48,999 bases of DNA from a virus, in the IMG/VR virus record IMGVR_UViG_3300001348_000001, one strand, 5' to 3'. Under the pieces are notes generated by a model that saw only the letters and a program-made list of their open reading frames with translations, made no database searches and was not told the DNA's origin. Positions 28,150 to 37,697 of the stretch are shown one piece after another. How positions within the stretch are numbered: position 1 is the first letter of the stretch; every line of letters starts with the position of its first letter. A program made the position numbers and the translations under genes.

Positions 28150-28418
28150 TCTATATCCTTCAGGGTTATGGATGAAACATCGTAGCCCTTGTTCATTAAA
28201 TTTTTAATATTCTTTTTAGCCCAGCGTACTGTATAAAAAGAAACCCACTTTGATTTTTTAGCAATAAAATATTTATCTTCTGGTAGAAAATTACTGAAGT
28301 TTTCAGCAGTAATCTTGTGTGCATCTTCTTCAGGTACAACACTGATAAGCCAGTCTATAATAATTTCTTTTGCTTTTACATTAGCTTTCTTTGATTGTTT
28401 ACCATTCATGTATTTCAT
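28134..28418 (-). CDS. Hypothetical protein (94 aa)
   Basis: ORF overlapping both neighbours in operon fashion. Confidence 0.5.
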   Translation of the reverse strand: MKYMNGKQSKKANVKAKEIIIDWLISVVPEEDAHKITAENFSNFLPEDKYFIAKKSKWVSFYTVRWAKKNIKNLMNKGYDVSSITLKDIEWSGK

Positions 28419-29247
28419 CTACCTTTGGTTGCGCTCGTACCTTAGTAAAGTATACAAGACCTTTAGCATACCTAAAAGCCCTCAATCCTTTACCGTTATT
28501 AGAATCTTTATGGCATTCTTTTTTATGAGGACAGTAAGCACAGTTCTTAGCTATTCTCATATTGCCTGACTTACCTTCAGCCACTGGTGGGTAACAAAGT
28601 TCAGGGGGTTTGCTCAAGTCTAATTTGTGCTTAAGATCTTTGATGTGTTGTGACATATTTGGTTTGTCTAAATCTTCAGGTTCATGAAAACAAAGCTCAC
28701 CTGTTTCTTTATTGATAACTAAAAAACCAGAGTTAGCAGTGCCTTCTGCCTCTTCATAAGCAGCCAATTGAGCTATGTAACCAAAAGGATCATCTTCTCT
28801 AAGGATACCCTGCCTAAACTTACTAAAAGAAAAGCCAGAGGCAGATTTAATATCCACCACTTTACCATCAATTTTACAATCCATGTGGCCCTTGATGCCC
28901 TCAATGTCTACTTCTTTTTGTTCATCAGAAACTTTGTGTCCCGACATGCGGACTAACAAAAGTAATACTTCTTCTAGTAGGTGGCCGTACAAAAACTTAA
29001 TAAACAAAGAAGGTTCAAGTCTTTTGGCTGTTAGTTGATTTTTTTTATCAAACCACAACTGCCTAGAAGGTTTACCAATGTTAGACATTCTAAGATAAAA
29101 ACCTTCCTTTCTTTTCTGGGGCTGCGCCCAAGACTTAATGGCTGCTTTAATATCCTCACCAAACTTATCTATAATTTCATCAGATAAATCTAAAGGACCG
29201 TCATTAAGACCATCTAGTTTTGTATAAATATCTTCTACTATATTCAT
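28399..29247 (-). CDS. PD-(D/E)XK exonuclease, Cas4/RecB-like with C-terminal Cys cluster (282 aa)
   Basis: HMDCKIDGKVVDIKSASG (D...D-x-K) and C-terminal CAYCPHKKEC. Confidence 0.65.
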   Translation of the reverse strand: MNIVEDIYTKLDGLNDGPLDLSDEIIDKFGEDIKAAIKSWAQPQKRKEGFYLRMSNIGKPSRQLWFDKKNQLTAKRLEPSLFIKFLYGHLLEEVLLLLVRMSGHKVSDEQKEVDIEGIKGHMDCKIDGKVVDIKSASGFSFSKFRQGILREDDPFGYIAQLAAYEEAEGTANSGFLVINKETGELCFHEPEDLDKPNMSQHIKDLKHKLDLSKPPELCYPPVAEGKSGNMRIAKNCAYCPHKKECHKDSNNGKGLRAFRYAKGLVYFTKVRAQPKVDEIHEW

Positions 29248-29552
29248 TTCCTGTGCCTTACAAATCTACATTTGCGTGTGAGGGAGTTATAGTGGAGGTA
29301 CTGTACGTTAAGTTCTTTTTGAAGCGGTGTCTTTCCTGCCAGCCTACCATCCTTGTAAGACTTAACATCTATCAGTGTTACTTTCCCTCGTGGGTCTAAG
29401 GCAACAATGTCGATAGGGCCTGTGCATCCGCAGTTCTTGAATACGTGGTATCCATTATCCCACAGCCAAGTAACGGCGTAGTGCTCTGCTAGATCTCCGA
29501 TCCTGCTTGAATCGTGCTGAGGTTTAGCATTTGTTATTTTAGTTGGTTTCAT
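29244..29552 (-). CDS. Small PD-(D/E)XK nuclease-fold protein (102 aa; PDDEXK_5/YraN-like)
   Basis: GDLAEHYAVTWLWDNGYHVF ... GPIDIVALD ... LIDVKS. Confidence 0.55.
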   Translation of the reverse strand: MKPTKITNAKPQHDSSRIGDLAEHYAVTWLWDNGYHVFKNCGCTGPIDIVALDPRGKVTLIDVKSYKDGRLAGKTPLQKELNVQYLHYNSLTRKCRFVRHRK

Positions 29553-30063
29553 TATGTAATTCCTCTATACCTTTTAACTCTGATATTGGAAGGTTATAAC
29601 AGTCGGTACTAACTGTCCATCCATTAGAAGGATCTACCATTCCTTTTTTAAGGAAGGTTGCTTTTTTAAAATAATCTTCTTTTGAAAGATACCCTAGTAT
29701 CCAACCTGATTCCATGGTTTTTAAAATTCTTGTGAAGACATAGAAGTCACATTTTTGTTTTGTGTTTAGCGCTGCTATTGAGCATTCATAAAAACTTTTA
29801 GGAGGGGTGGTTACTCTTTTAGTTTTAACGTCAATTGTTAAGCTGTTTAGTTTTATATCATAATCGTAAGTATTACTTTCTTCAGCTTTTAATTCTTGGG
29901 CAGTAATAATCTCCCCTAAAAAGCCGTGGATATTTCCTGCTCCTTTTGTTATAGAGTTTCTTAGCTGACCCATCTGATTAGATTTAATTTTAGCTTTGTC
30001 TATAAAAGACTTAGAAATTTTAATGTGTTTCACTCCAGTTATCTCCTGTCTTATACTCCCCAT
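29539..30063 (-). CDS. Putative PD-(D/E)XK-like nuclease (174 aa)
   Basis: GFLGEIITAQEL ... YDYDI ... TIDVKTK ... CDFYVF pattern. Start uncertain: no RBS, and a 44-nt overlap with the polymerase gene. Confidence 0.4.
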   Translation of the reverse strand: MGSIRQEITGVKHIKISKSFIDKAKIKSNQMGQLRNSITKGAGNIHGFLGEIITAQELKAEESNTYDYDIKLNSLTIDVKTKRVTTPPKSFYECSIAALNTKQKCDFYVFTRILKTMESGWILGYLSKEDYFKKATFLKKGMVDPSNGWTVSTDCYNLPISELKGIEELHNETN

Positions 30064-31765
30064 CTAGTGGGCATTTAAGTTCAAGAACCTTACCGGCTTC
30101 AATGATTGCCTCAACACCAAGCCTACCAACCTCGTCAGCTTGGTCTTCTCTTACTTCTATTTGCCACTCATCGTGTACGTTAGCAACAAAGTGGGCATCT
30201 AAATCTTTAATCTTATCGTTAAGTATAATCAACGCTTGCTTCATTACAATAGCACCAGCCCCTTGTAATAATGTATTAAGTGCAGAATGTTCAGACCTAA
30301 TGTAAAGCTTACGACCATCTAGTGCTTTAAGATAGCCCTTTGCTGAAGCTCCAGCAACTCTATCTTTAAGAGCCTTGAATGATGGGAGATTACTAATAAA
30401 TGATTTTCTAAGGTTCCTTCCAACACTCTTACCTCCTCCAGCCACTGTTCCAAGCTTTGCATCTCCTGCTCCGTATAGTAGTGCATAGATGAAAGTCTTA
30501 GCCTGATTTCTTGATTCAAGTCCTGCAAGTTTTTGATTAGTGGTGTGTATGTCTCCATTAAGGATTTCATTTGTGTACTCCTCATCATTCATATAGTGGG
30601 CCAGCATTCTTAATTCTAACCCTGAAGCATCAATTCCTACAAGCTTATATCCTTTAGGTATTGTCCAACATGCTCGACACTCTTTACCGTAGCTAGAACT
30701 AGAGCTGGGTATCTGTGCCATATTAGGATTACGGTGTGTCATGCGCCCTGTAATAGTGCCGTTATGATTAACGAACCCATGAACCCTAAAGGTATCTTCA
30801 TCTAGTTCTTTGAACCAAGAACTAATTTGAGATATTCTTTTCTGGATCATAAGAAACTCAGAAATTACTTCTGCTTCAGGGATGCCTTTGATCTGCGACA
30901 AAATCTTTTCATCTATCTTAGGCTGTCCTGTAGGGGTATGCTCTAAAGGTTCCCATCCAAAGTCTTGTAGGTACTCTCCTATCTGTTGTCTAGAGGCTGG
31001 ATTAAAATCTTTAACATATACCCTTTCAACAAATGCTTCTGTTTTAAGGGCAGTATACTCTTCGTCTGTAACCCTAGTATTTTTTCCGAAGTTATCTACA
31101 CCTGTTTTCAACAGTTTTTTCTGAGGACTATACCTCCGAAATATTTTTCTTACTTCTTGCTTGGGCTTAAAGCATTCATTAATTTTATTTACAATCTCAG
31201 CAAGTCTGCTGTTCAAGACACCCAATAGCTTTGTAGCTTCTTCAACATCAAACAGGAATCCATGATCTCTTTGCTGAGATAATATCTTATTTGTTTCATG
31301 CTCAAGCACAACGCTTTGACGAGAGAATCCTTTAGACTCTTTTTTTAAAGCTTTATAAACTTGATAGTTAAGATATACATCCTGCTCACAATACTTGAGC
31401 ATCTCAACACTGTAACTATCATACTGATCAAACTCAATCTTAGGAGATCCTAAAGCATAGCCCCATCTTTCTAAGCCATGATTCCCCTCACGAACTGGAT
31501 TAAATAATCTTGAAAGAACAAGTGTGTCTACAAGTTCTTTGTCCATTAAGTTTAAGCCAGTTAGCTTATTGATTACTGGAATATCAAAACCAATAATGTT
31601 ATGGCCTATTAGCTTGTCTGCTTTTAAGAGCAGCTCAAAACCATCAGATAATTCTGACGGGCCATACGAGTATTGTTGTTCTGTATCTACATCAAGGGCA
31701 GATATGCACCATATTTTTTTGGCATCTAGCCCATCCGTTTCTATATCAAAGACTAATGATTTCAT
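30020..31765 (-). CDS. DNA polymerase, family A with 3'-5' exonuclease (581 aa)
   Basis: ExoI VFDIETDGL. Motif A DASGLELRMLAH. Motif B RNQAKTFIYALLYG. Motif C NVHDEW. Confidence 0.92.
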   Translation of the reverse strand: MKSLVFDIETDGLDAKKIWCISALDVDTEQQYSYGPSELSDGFELLLKADKLIGHNIIGFDIPVINKLTGLNLMDKELVDTLVLSRLFNPVREGNHGLERWGYALGSPKIEFDQYDSYSVEMLKYCEQDVYLNYQVYKALKKESKGFSRQSVVLEHETNKILSQQRDHGFLFDVEEATKLLGVLNSRLAEIVNKINECFKPKQEVRKIFRRYSPQKKLLKTGVDNFGKNTRVTDEEYTALKTEAFVERVYVKDFNPASRQQIGEYLQDFGWEPLEHTPTGQPKIDEKILSQIKGIPEAEVISEFLMIQKRISQISSWFKELDEDTFRVHGFVNHNGTITGRMTHRNPNMAQIPSSSSSYGKECRACWTIPKGYKLVGIDASGLELRMLAHYMNDEEYTNEILNGDIHTTNQKLAGLESRNQAKTFIYALLYGAGDAKLGTVAGGGKSVGRNLRKSFISNLPSFKALKDRVAGASAKGYLKALDGRKLYIRSEHSALNTLLQGAGAIVMKQALIILNDKIKDLDAHFVANVHDEWQIEVREDQADEVGRLGVEAIIEAGKVLELKCPLDGEYKTGDNWSETH

Positions 31766-33408
31766 AACTCCAACTCTTCAGATGACTCATCTACAAATAC
31801 TTCCCTGAGTCTACCACTATCTTTATCATATAACAAGTGTGTTGCCATCCCTACATCTCCTGTGTATCTAGATTTAAGTACACGCATGTGTGTTGTGTTT
31901 GCCTCTTGCGGATCTTCTGATTGTTGATCACGTTCCAGTGCAATAACACAATCAGATACCTGAGCAATACTTGCAGAGCCTCTGAGGTGAGACAGTCCTA
32001 CAGTAACGCCTTGCTCATGTCCCTTGTTTCCTTCTACTCTACGTAGATGTGATACTAATATCATACCTACATTTGTTTCTTCAACAAGCCTACTAAGGGA
32101 ACCCATGATGTTATCAATGGTAGTTCTTTCATCACCAAAGGCAGCACTCATAACTAACATGTGCAGATGGTCTACGACTATCCACTTACAGTTACAGCCT
32201 ATAATCATGTACCGAATCTTAGATAAAATATCATCAAAGTCGGTTGCCCCATAGTGAGCATGAATCCATAAACGATTTTCATTGTCTCCTTTAAATACTT
32301 TATTAGCAAGCTCTGTATACTTATCGTCTCCGTACTGCTCCCTAATTTGTTCTATGTACAATCTTTCATTGGCTTCAATAGACAATATACCATCTGCTGT
32401 TCTTTTCCAGTTCTCTTCAAGGGCAATAATACCTACGTTATCTTGTGTCTCGTTGAGTAGCCAGTGCTCAAGCTCTCTAGTAATACTAGACTTACCTAAG
32501 CCAGTACCACCTGTTAAAGTAATAAGCTCTCCTCGCCGCATACCATACAACTTTTCATTAAGGCCGCTCCAAGGATAAGGTACTGACTCTATCTTTTCAC
32601 GATTAATTAATTTTTCTAGGTTATCAGTTAAGTTAAGTACACCTGCTGGTGTATAGATGTTAGAGGCCCACCAAGCAGTCACATAGTTTTGATGAAGTCC
32701 CTGCCTTAGCATGTCATTAGGATCTTTGTAGTCCTCTGACAGTGTTAATATCCTAGCCTTACCGGGAGTTAAAAGCTTTGCTACTTTACGAGCAGCCTCT
32801 TTACCTACCTTGTCATTGTCAAATGATATGACTACGTTATCAAACTTTTCTAGGTACTCTAGATTTTGCTTGACATCTTTAACAGAACCACCAGCACCAT
32901 TCTTTACTGATAGCACAGGCCACTTAGAACCAAGTAGTTCATAAGCTGCCATAGCATCACACTCGCCCTCTGTTAAGGTGACGTACTTACCCCCAGAGTT
33001 GAATGCTTGCTGACCAAAAAGGCCAGACTCTTTTGCCTGACCCTGCCATGAGAATAGTTTATTAGGCTCTCTTACCTTGTAGCCACTGATCTCGTTTGCT
33101 GTGTAGTAAGGATAGTAATGTTTAACTATTTCTCCTTTACTATTTACTACTGCCTTAACACCGTACTTCTTTGCTGTTGCTAAAGAAATCTTACGATCTC
33201 TTAGCTCCAAGTATTCTCCATCTATATTATTCATTGAGTTATTCTTATAGGTTTTAAAATCGCTAACGGGTTCACCATTCATGGCTTTCTCATAGTCTCT
33301 AAAATAAGTTTGACAACTAAAACATTTAGCTGATCCATTGTCATTTATCTGAACGGGGTCACTGCCACCACATTCAGGGCAAGGCTTTCTAAAGGCAACA
33401 AAAGACAT
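31762..33408 (-). CDS. Bifunctional primase-helicase (T7 gp4-like, 548 aa)
   Basis: Zn finger CPECGG...CFSC. TOPRIM LTEGECDAMAAYE. Walker A GGTGLGKSS. Walker B WIVVDHLH. Confidence 0.9.
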   Translation of the reverse strand: MSFVAFRKPCPECGGSDPVQINDNGSAKCFSCQTYFRDYEKAMNGEPVSDFKTYKNNSMNNIDGEYLELRDRKISLATAKKYGVKAVVNSKGEIVKHYYPYYTANEISGYKVREPNKLFSWQGQAKESGLFGQQAFNSGGKYVTLTEGECDAMAAYELLGSKWPVLSVKNGAGGSVKDVKQNLEYLEKFDNVVISFDNDKVGKEAARKVAKLLTPGKARILTLSEDYKDPNDMLRQGLHQNYVTAWWASNIYTPAGVLNLTDNLEKLINREKIESVPYPWSGLNEKLYGMRRGELITLTGGTGLGKSSITRELEHWLLNETQDNVGIIALEENWKRTADGILSIEANERLYIEQIREQYGDDKYTELANKVFKGDNENRLWIHAHYGATDFDDILSKIRYMIIGCNCKWIVVDHLHMLVMSAAFGDERTTIDNIMGSLSRLVEETNVGMILVSHLRRVEGNKGHEQGVTVGLSHLRGSASIAQVSDCVIALERDQQSEDPQEANTTHMRVLKSRYTGDVGMATHLLYDKDSGRLREVFVDESSEELEL

Positions 33409-33420
33409 ATTAACTCCTGA

Positions 33421-33451
33421 TATAAAAAGAAAGGGGGCTTTTACACCCCCT
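33421..33451 (-). terminator. Intrinsic terminator-like hairpin between the 75-aa gene and the primase-helicase gene
   Basis: Minus-strand aggggg-tgtaaaag-ccccct followed by ttctttttat. Confidence 0.55.
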
Positions 33452-33456
33452 GTTAT

Positions 33457-33684
33457 TTAAGACTCTGCCTGATCCTCTTCGGCTATTAAAGCTTCGGGAT
33501 CTAGATTCTCTTGCAACATGCCATTGTATGTTTTAGCTGCTGCGTTGAGAACGTCAATCTTTTTACTAAGCATTTGAACTTCAGACTGTACTTCAGCAAG
33601 ATAATTAAAAGCTACTTTACCAGCATCATTTAATTTTTCTACATCATACAAACCATCATCAGTTTTATATGTGAACTGTGTCAT
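33457..33684 (-). CDS. Hypothetical acidic protein (75 aa)
   Basis: ORF with ATGA overlap to the SSB gene. Confidence 0.55.
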   Translation of the reverse strand: MTQFTYKTDDGLYDVEKLNDAGKVAFNYLAEVQSEVQMLSKKIDVLNAAAKTYNGMLQENLDPEALIAEEDQAES

Positions 33685-34112
33685 AGTTCATCTACCTCCT
33701 CTTCATCTTCAATGATATCAAACTCATCTAAACCGCCCTTACTGAAAGAGACTAAGCTTTTAACCTGTACAGCTTGTAGGTCTAGTCCTTTATACAAAGT
33801 ACCTTGGCGAGTGATTTCCCACTCTTTATACTGGACACGTACAGTAGATCCATTACCGATCTGACAGTCCATTTCATTTTTCATATTGTCAATTAACTTA
33901 GGTGCAGTTCTAATCATACCATTAGGTCCATGCACTTTACGTTTAACAACAATGGTTGGGCCTTCTTCTTTATCTTTAACAGTAAAGCCTCGGCTCCTGA
34001 AGTCATTAGCAACTTCATTATCTACTACTACATTAATACTGTAGACAGGTTCATAGGTTGTGTTGGGGGTAGTGACACTAGCCCAGTAAGCAACTCCATC
34101 AACAATAGCCAT
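33681..34112 (-). CDS. ssb: Single-stranded DNA-binding protein (T7 gp2.5-type, 143 aa)
   Basis: AGGAGA RBS 7 nt before the ATG at 34112 (the track start at 34160 has no RBS). Acidic C-terminal tail DEFDIIEDEEEVDEL. Located in the replication module. Confidence 0.6.
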   Translation of the reverse strand: MAIVDGVAYWASVTTPNTTYEPVYSINVVVDNEVANDFRSRGFTVKDKEEGPTIVVKRKVHGPNGMIRTAPKLIDNMKNEMDCQIGNGSTVRVQYKEWEITRQGTLYKGLDLQAVQVKSLVSFSKGGLDEFDIIEDEEEVDEL

Positions 34113-34169
34113 CGTATTTTCTCCTATAGGTTTATGGTTTGGGAAGTATAAGCGATGCAAAACTTCTTG

Positions 34170-34454
34170 TCAAGCGTACAAATTCTTCCAGTTTCTAGGG
34201 CGTTTGCCCTGCCTACTAGAATGCCATGTCGCAGCACTCCAGTAAGTTTCTTTAAGCTCTTGTTTAAAAGAACTTAATCTCTTCTTGCTCCTGTTACCTC
34301 CTACAAGGGGTGTTAAGAAACAATACTTGTTACCTACTTTTACTTTAAAGTATCTCCAACCTTCAATGTATAAGGGTACAATAAACTCATCACTTCTTTT
34401 AGGATTTAACAGTTGTTCTTTTAGTTGTAAAATATCTTCTACAAACATTACCAA
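34170..34454 (-). CDS. Hypothetical basic protein (94 aa)
   Basis: ORF in operon context. Confidence 0.5.
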   Translation of the reverse strand: MVMFVEDILQLKEQLLNPKRSDEFIVPLYIEGWRYFKVKVGNKYCFLTPLVGGNRSKKRLSSFKQELKETYWSAATWHSSRQGKRPRNWKNLYA

Positions 34455-34690
34455 TCTCCTAAGTATTCAATAAAGTCAGGGATCATGTTGATGATGTCAT
34501 CGGTGCTACAAGAAAGGTCATCGTTTACACTCATAATAGTATCTGAAACAAACTCAATAAACTTTTGTTTCGTAACATCATTAGGAGTACGAGTACCTAA
34601 GCTCATAACAAAAGCATAAGCCCATGCGTCATCTACTGCTGAGTAGAAGTCTGCCATCCCTTCAATCCAACCTTCCTCGTCTGCTGTCAT
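34448..34690 (-). CDS. Hypothetical strongly acidic protein (80 aa)
   Basis: ORF, D/E-rich, coupled on both sides. Confidence 0.5.
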   Translation of the reverse strand: MTADEEGWIEGMADFYSAVDDAWAYAFVMSLGTRTPNDVTKQKFIEFVSDTIMSVNDDLSCSTDDIINMIPDFIEYLGDW

Positions 34691-34890
34691 ACACCTTCTC
34701 CTGTAAGATCTCCCGTAAGTATAGCATCATCGCCCCAACAATAGATAGTCACGTTCTCACCTCTATCATCTGTTATCGTAATGTCCCAAGTATCTTTAGA
34801 CTGTTTGTCATCCGCTAAAGATCTTTTGATATTAATTTTAACAGTATCGTGTACAAAAATCCTAGTGCCTATTGACATAATTCTCTCCAA
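34687..34890 (-). CDS. Hypothetical protein (67 aa)
   Basis: ORF in operon context. Confidence 0.5.
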   Translation of the reverse strand: MERIMSIGTRIFVHDTVKINIKRSLADDKQSKDTWDITITDDRGENVTIYCWGDDAILTGDLTGEGV

Positions 34891-35522
34891 GAATACTCAA
34901 TTTGTGGGGTGTTGTCTAACTCTTTTTTAATCCTATTTGCTATGTGCTGACACTCATACTGTGCATCAGGACTAGATCTTAACTTAACTACCCTAGCAAA
35001 TGCAACCAGTGATCCTGTCCATATCCACTCAGTCATCATAGACTGCGGTAGAATCATACGAGCCTGTTCAGGGGCTACACCAGAAGCAATCATGATATCG
35101 TAGATAGTCTTACAAGTTTCCATGTGGCCCCAATATATTGTATCCCAATGCTCCTCATCTATCCCTGTAAATGTTTCTAATAGTGAACCTTGTTTCTTAT
35201 CTGGCGCACGTTTCCTCCAAGCTTCGGGGGCATGAAACTCTGGCTCGCTATCTACATACCTACGACTCGTCTCGTTCCAGACCATGCCCACCTGATGCTT
35301 AACCAACTGCCTTGCGACAAAGACCGGAGCCTTAATCCTGAACTGTACTTGAACGTGTCCAAAGGGAGTCCAGTGGTCGTGTGCTGCTAGGTATCTAATT
35401 AACTTCTGGTCTGACTCCTTAACTTTAGATGCTATCTTATCAAAGGAAACTCTGGCACTGTTTACAACAGTCAAGTCCCCGCCCATCAAATCAATCAATT
35501 CTACTTTCATATTGTCACCCAT
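34869..35522 (-). CDS. thyX: Flavin-dependent thymidylate synthase ThyX family (217 aa), atypical signature
   Basis: LIDLMGGDLTVVNSARVSF, HWTPFGH and ARQLVKHQ-x8-SRRY. The canonical RHR is KHQ here. Confidence 0.75.
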   Translation of the reverse strand: MGDNMKVELIDLMGGDLTVVNSARVSFDKIASKVKESDQKLIRYLAAHDHWTPFGHVQVQFRIKAPVFVARQLVKHQVGMVWNETSRRYVDSEPEFHAPEAWRKRAPDKKQGSLLETFTGIDEEHWDTIYWGHMETCKTIYDIMIASGVAPEQARMILPQSMMTEWIWTGSLVAFARVVKLRSSPDAQYECQHIANRIKKELDNTPQIEYSWRELCQ

Positions 35523-35618
35523 ACATAAAGAAATAATAAAAATATAACGGCAGATGTTTTAATATAAGTTCTTTCGTTCTCACTTAACTCACCTGCTGTC
35601 ATGTCTTCCCAAACCCCT

Positions 35619-35876
35619 TTAATTAAAGAGGTCAATCTGGCTAAGGTGTTTTTGCCTTTGTCCCGCAATAAACGCATGTGCTTCTCCTTTAGGTAGTATG
35701 TATTTTAAAACAGTTTCAAAGCATTCAACCCTCCACTCATCGTCATAAAAATCTTCTTTATGATCAGCGTTTTCAGGATCATACCCACTGAATGTTTCAA
35801 GTAATCCCGCATAGGATTCTTTAACAAACTCTATACCGATTGCATCTATTGTGTCCCAGTCTATATCAAATTTCAT
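35619..35876 (-). CDS. Hypothetical acidic protein (85 aa from MKFDIDW)
   Basis: The track ORF extends to 35942, but the ATG at 35876 is coupled to the stop of the upstream small ORF. Confidence 0.45.
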   Translation of the reverse strand: MKFDIDWDTIDAIGIEFVKESYAGLLETFSGYDPENADHKEDFYDDEWRVECFETVLKYILPKGEAHAFIAGQRQKHLSQIDLFN

Positions 35877-36009
35877 TTTCTTCCCTTGCTTTATAAATTT
35901 CTTCCCATGTAAAAAACTTCCCAGTCTTATCGTTGTAAACACCTTCTAAGTCTGTTGTTCTTTCAGCGGTATCAATTAAACAATCAATAATATCTATATT
36001 AAATTTCAT
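35866..36009 (-). CDS. Hypothetical small protein (47 aa, MKFNIDIIDCLIDTAERTTDLEGVY...)
   Basis: Hand-translated. ATGA overlap with the upstream 84-aa gene. Confidence 0.4.
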   Translation of the reverse strand: MKFNIDIIDCLIDTAERTTDLEGVYNDKTGKFFTWEEIYKAREENEI

Positions 36010-36260
36010 CCGTTTACGAGCTCCTCTTTAATAGTTAACTTAACAACCACATCACCATCGGGATGATAGCGGTATGCTACAGTAAGCGCATCTTTTAAAG
36101 CTAGTATTTCCTCAAGCTGCCCCGAAGGATCTTCATATTCTTTATAACATGCTATACAAGCTAACATATGTTTCTTCTTACGTTTAACTACATTGTCTAC
36201 TAGCTTGTGCTCCCACCAGTAAGCCTCAAGTACATAGTCTGCATCGGTATCTATATTCAT
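36006..36260 (-). CDS. Hypothetical protein (84 aa)
   Basis: ORF, coupled. Confidence 0.5.
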   Translation of the reverse strand: MNIDTDADYVLEAYWWEHKLVDNVVKRKKKHMLACIACYKEYEDPSGQLEEILALKDALTVAYRYHPDGDVVVKLTIKEELVNG

Positions 36261-36577
36261 TACGCTTCCTCCATAATATTTTTTTCAAACTCTTTTGCCG
36301 AACTTTCTAACTCTTTAAAGATCTTTCTCAACATAGAATATTCTATATTACAATACGTGCAGTCTTCTAATAATTCTATTTGACCTCCTTCTGTTTCATA
36401 AATTTCAGAGTACCCTTTAATTAACAAGGCTCCTCCATCTGCATCTGTATAAATACAACCATCGCAATCGTACCCATTATTAAAAAATCTATAGCCACTC
36501 CTTTTAAGATTATTAATCCAGCTCCAAAGCTCATCTTCTGTTTGATCTAAATATCCAGCAGCTTCACTGAGAGTCAT
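36260..36577 (-). CDS. Hypothetical protein (105 aa)
   Basis: ORF, coupled. Confidence 0.5.
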   Translation of the reverse strand: MTLSEAAGYLDQTEDELWSWINNLKRSGYRFFNNGYDCDGCIYTDADGGALLIKGYSEIYETEGGQIELLEDCTYCNIEYSMLRKIFKELESSAKEFEKNIMEEA

Positions 36578-37518
36578 TACGCTGCCTCCCGAAAGTTAGA
36601 AATAATTGTATCACGAACAGTCTCACCACGCTTATAAGATATAGAAGCAATGTTTACCTGAGAAGATTCCCTTGCTGCTGGAGCATGAGTAGACCAATCA
36701 GTAAGTGTATTGTATACAGCCCATTGATTCGTACCCATTTTCTTAGAGTAATGTGTAGTATATTTATCCCACATATACATCAGAGCAGTATTGCTATATA
36801 TCTTAGGTTGTAAAAGCATCTCGCTTATAGGGGATGTTGGGTATTCCTTACGCCAAGCAAACACTGCCTTTGCATTAGCTGCTTTAGCAAAAGCAAAGAA
36901 GGCATCCATATTATGTACACCAATCTCAGACCAGACAAACCACTTGTCTACCTCATCTTTAAATATATCTACAGCTTGATACATAATCTTAGCGGCATGA
37001 TCTACATCTAATTTCTTAGTGTGTCTAGATTTATACATGGTAGCTGCACCATTAGTAAATACTTGACCATTCATACAGGCCCACTGATTGGCTCCTGTTG
37101 TAGATATAAAGGGGAAGGTGCCATCTAGGCTACTAACAGTTAAGAATGTTAGGGCTGCTTGATCACCATCTGGAGTTCGTAGTTTTACATCTGGTAGGGT
37201 ATGTTTAACAAAGCACTTAGCACCGTTATGTGATACTTGTATGTCTTCGCTAAGACCTCCGAGGTCTAAACCAGATTTATTAATACAATCTCTTTGGTTA
37301 TCTATCATTCTCTTATAAGATAAATTATATAAGTCTGAGTACCGTGAGCCGTGTATACCTAACTCTTCTCCAGTATCTGTTCTATATATTACATGCTTGG
37401 ATGCTTTCTGAATACCAGACTCAGTAATATAAGTAAGAGGCGCTTGATCAATATCAAAATCAGCAGGGCCGTAGTCAGCAACTTTGGCGTTTTCAAACAT
37501 ATTAATTACGTTGTTCAT
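36577..37518 (-). CDS. DUF932-like protein (313 aa)
   Basis: The length and the YRTDTGEELGIHGSRY ... pattern resemble the DUF932 (phage/plasmid) family as I recall it. Confidence 0.45.
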   Translation of the reverse strand: MNNVINMFENAKVADYGPADFDIDQAPLTYITESGIQKASKHVIYRTDTGEELGIHGSRYSDLYNLSYKRMIDNQRDCINKSGLDLGGLSEDIQVSHNGAKCFVKHTLPDVKLRTPDGDQAALTFLTVSSLDGTFPFISTTGANQWACMNGQVFTNGAATMYKSRHTKKLDVDHAAKIMYQAVDIFKDEVDKWFVWSEIGVHNMDAFFAFAKAANAKAVFAWRKEYPTSPISEMLLQPKIYSNTALMYMWDKYTTHYSKKMGTNQWAVYNTLTDWSTHAPAARESSQVNIASISYKRGETVRDTIISNFREAA

Positions 37519-37697
37519 ACTATTACTTCCTTTTGTTTTACAGTGATTGTGTAACCTAGTTCTTTAATATACTTTAGTACCTGTACCGATAAAGTTTTTG
37601 TGGCAGCTATCTGTGCAAACTTACAAGCGTTTGTACAGGCTGGGTAATATAAAGTATTACCGTAGCTGTTTCTTACGTCTATTAATACTTGCTTCAT
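37515..37697 (-). CDS. Hypothetical protein (60 aa)
   Basis: ORF with AGGA upstream. Confidence 0.45.
   Translation of the reverse strand: MKQVLIDVRNSYGNTLYYPACTNACKFAQIAATKTLSVQVLKYIKELGYTITVKQKEVIV

Noticed and set aside
35507-35602. 31-aa micro-ORF (MTAGELSENERTYIKTSAVIFLLFLYVWVTI) upstream of thyX
   Set aside because: Weak RBS and very short. It is possibly real because it would bridge the 96-bp gap and overlaps the thyX start, but it is unsupported.
35866-36009. Shared MKF(N/D)ID N-termini of two adjacent small genes (atgaaatttaatatagat versus atgaaatttgatatagac) as evidence of paralogy
   Set aside because: Similarity is limited to the first six codons and the rest of the proteins do not align. 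This is more likely a short duplicated initiation region or chance.
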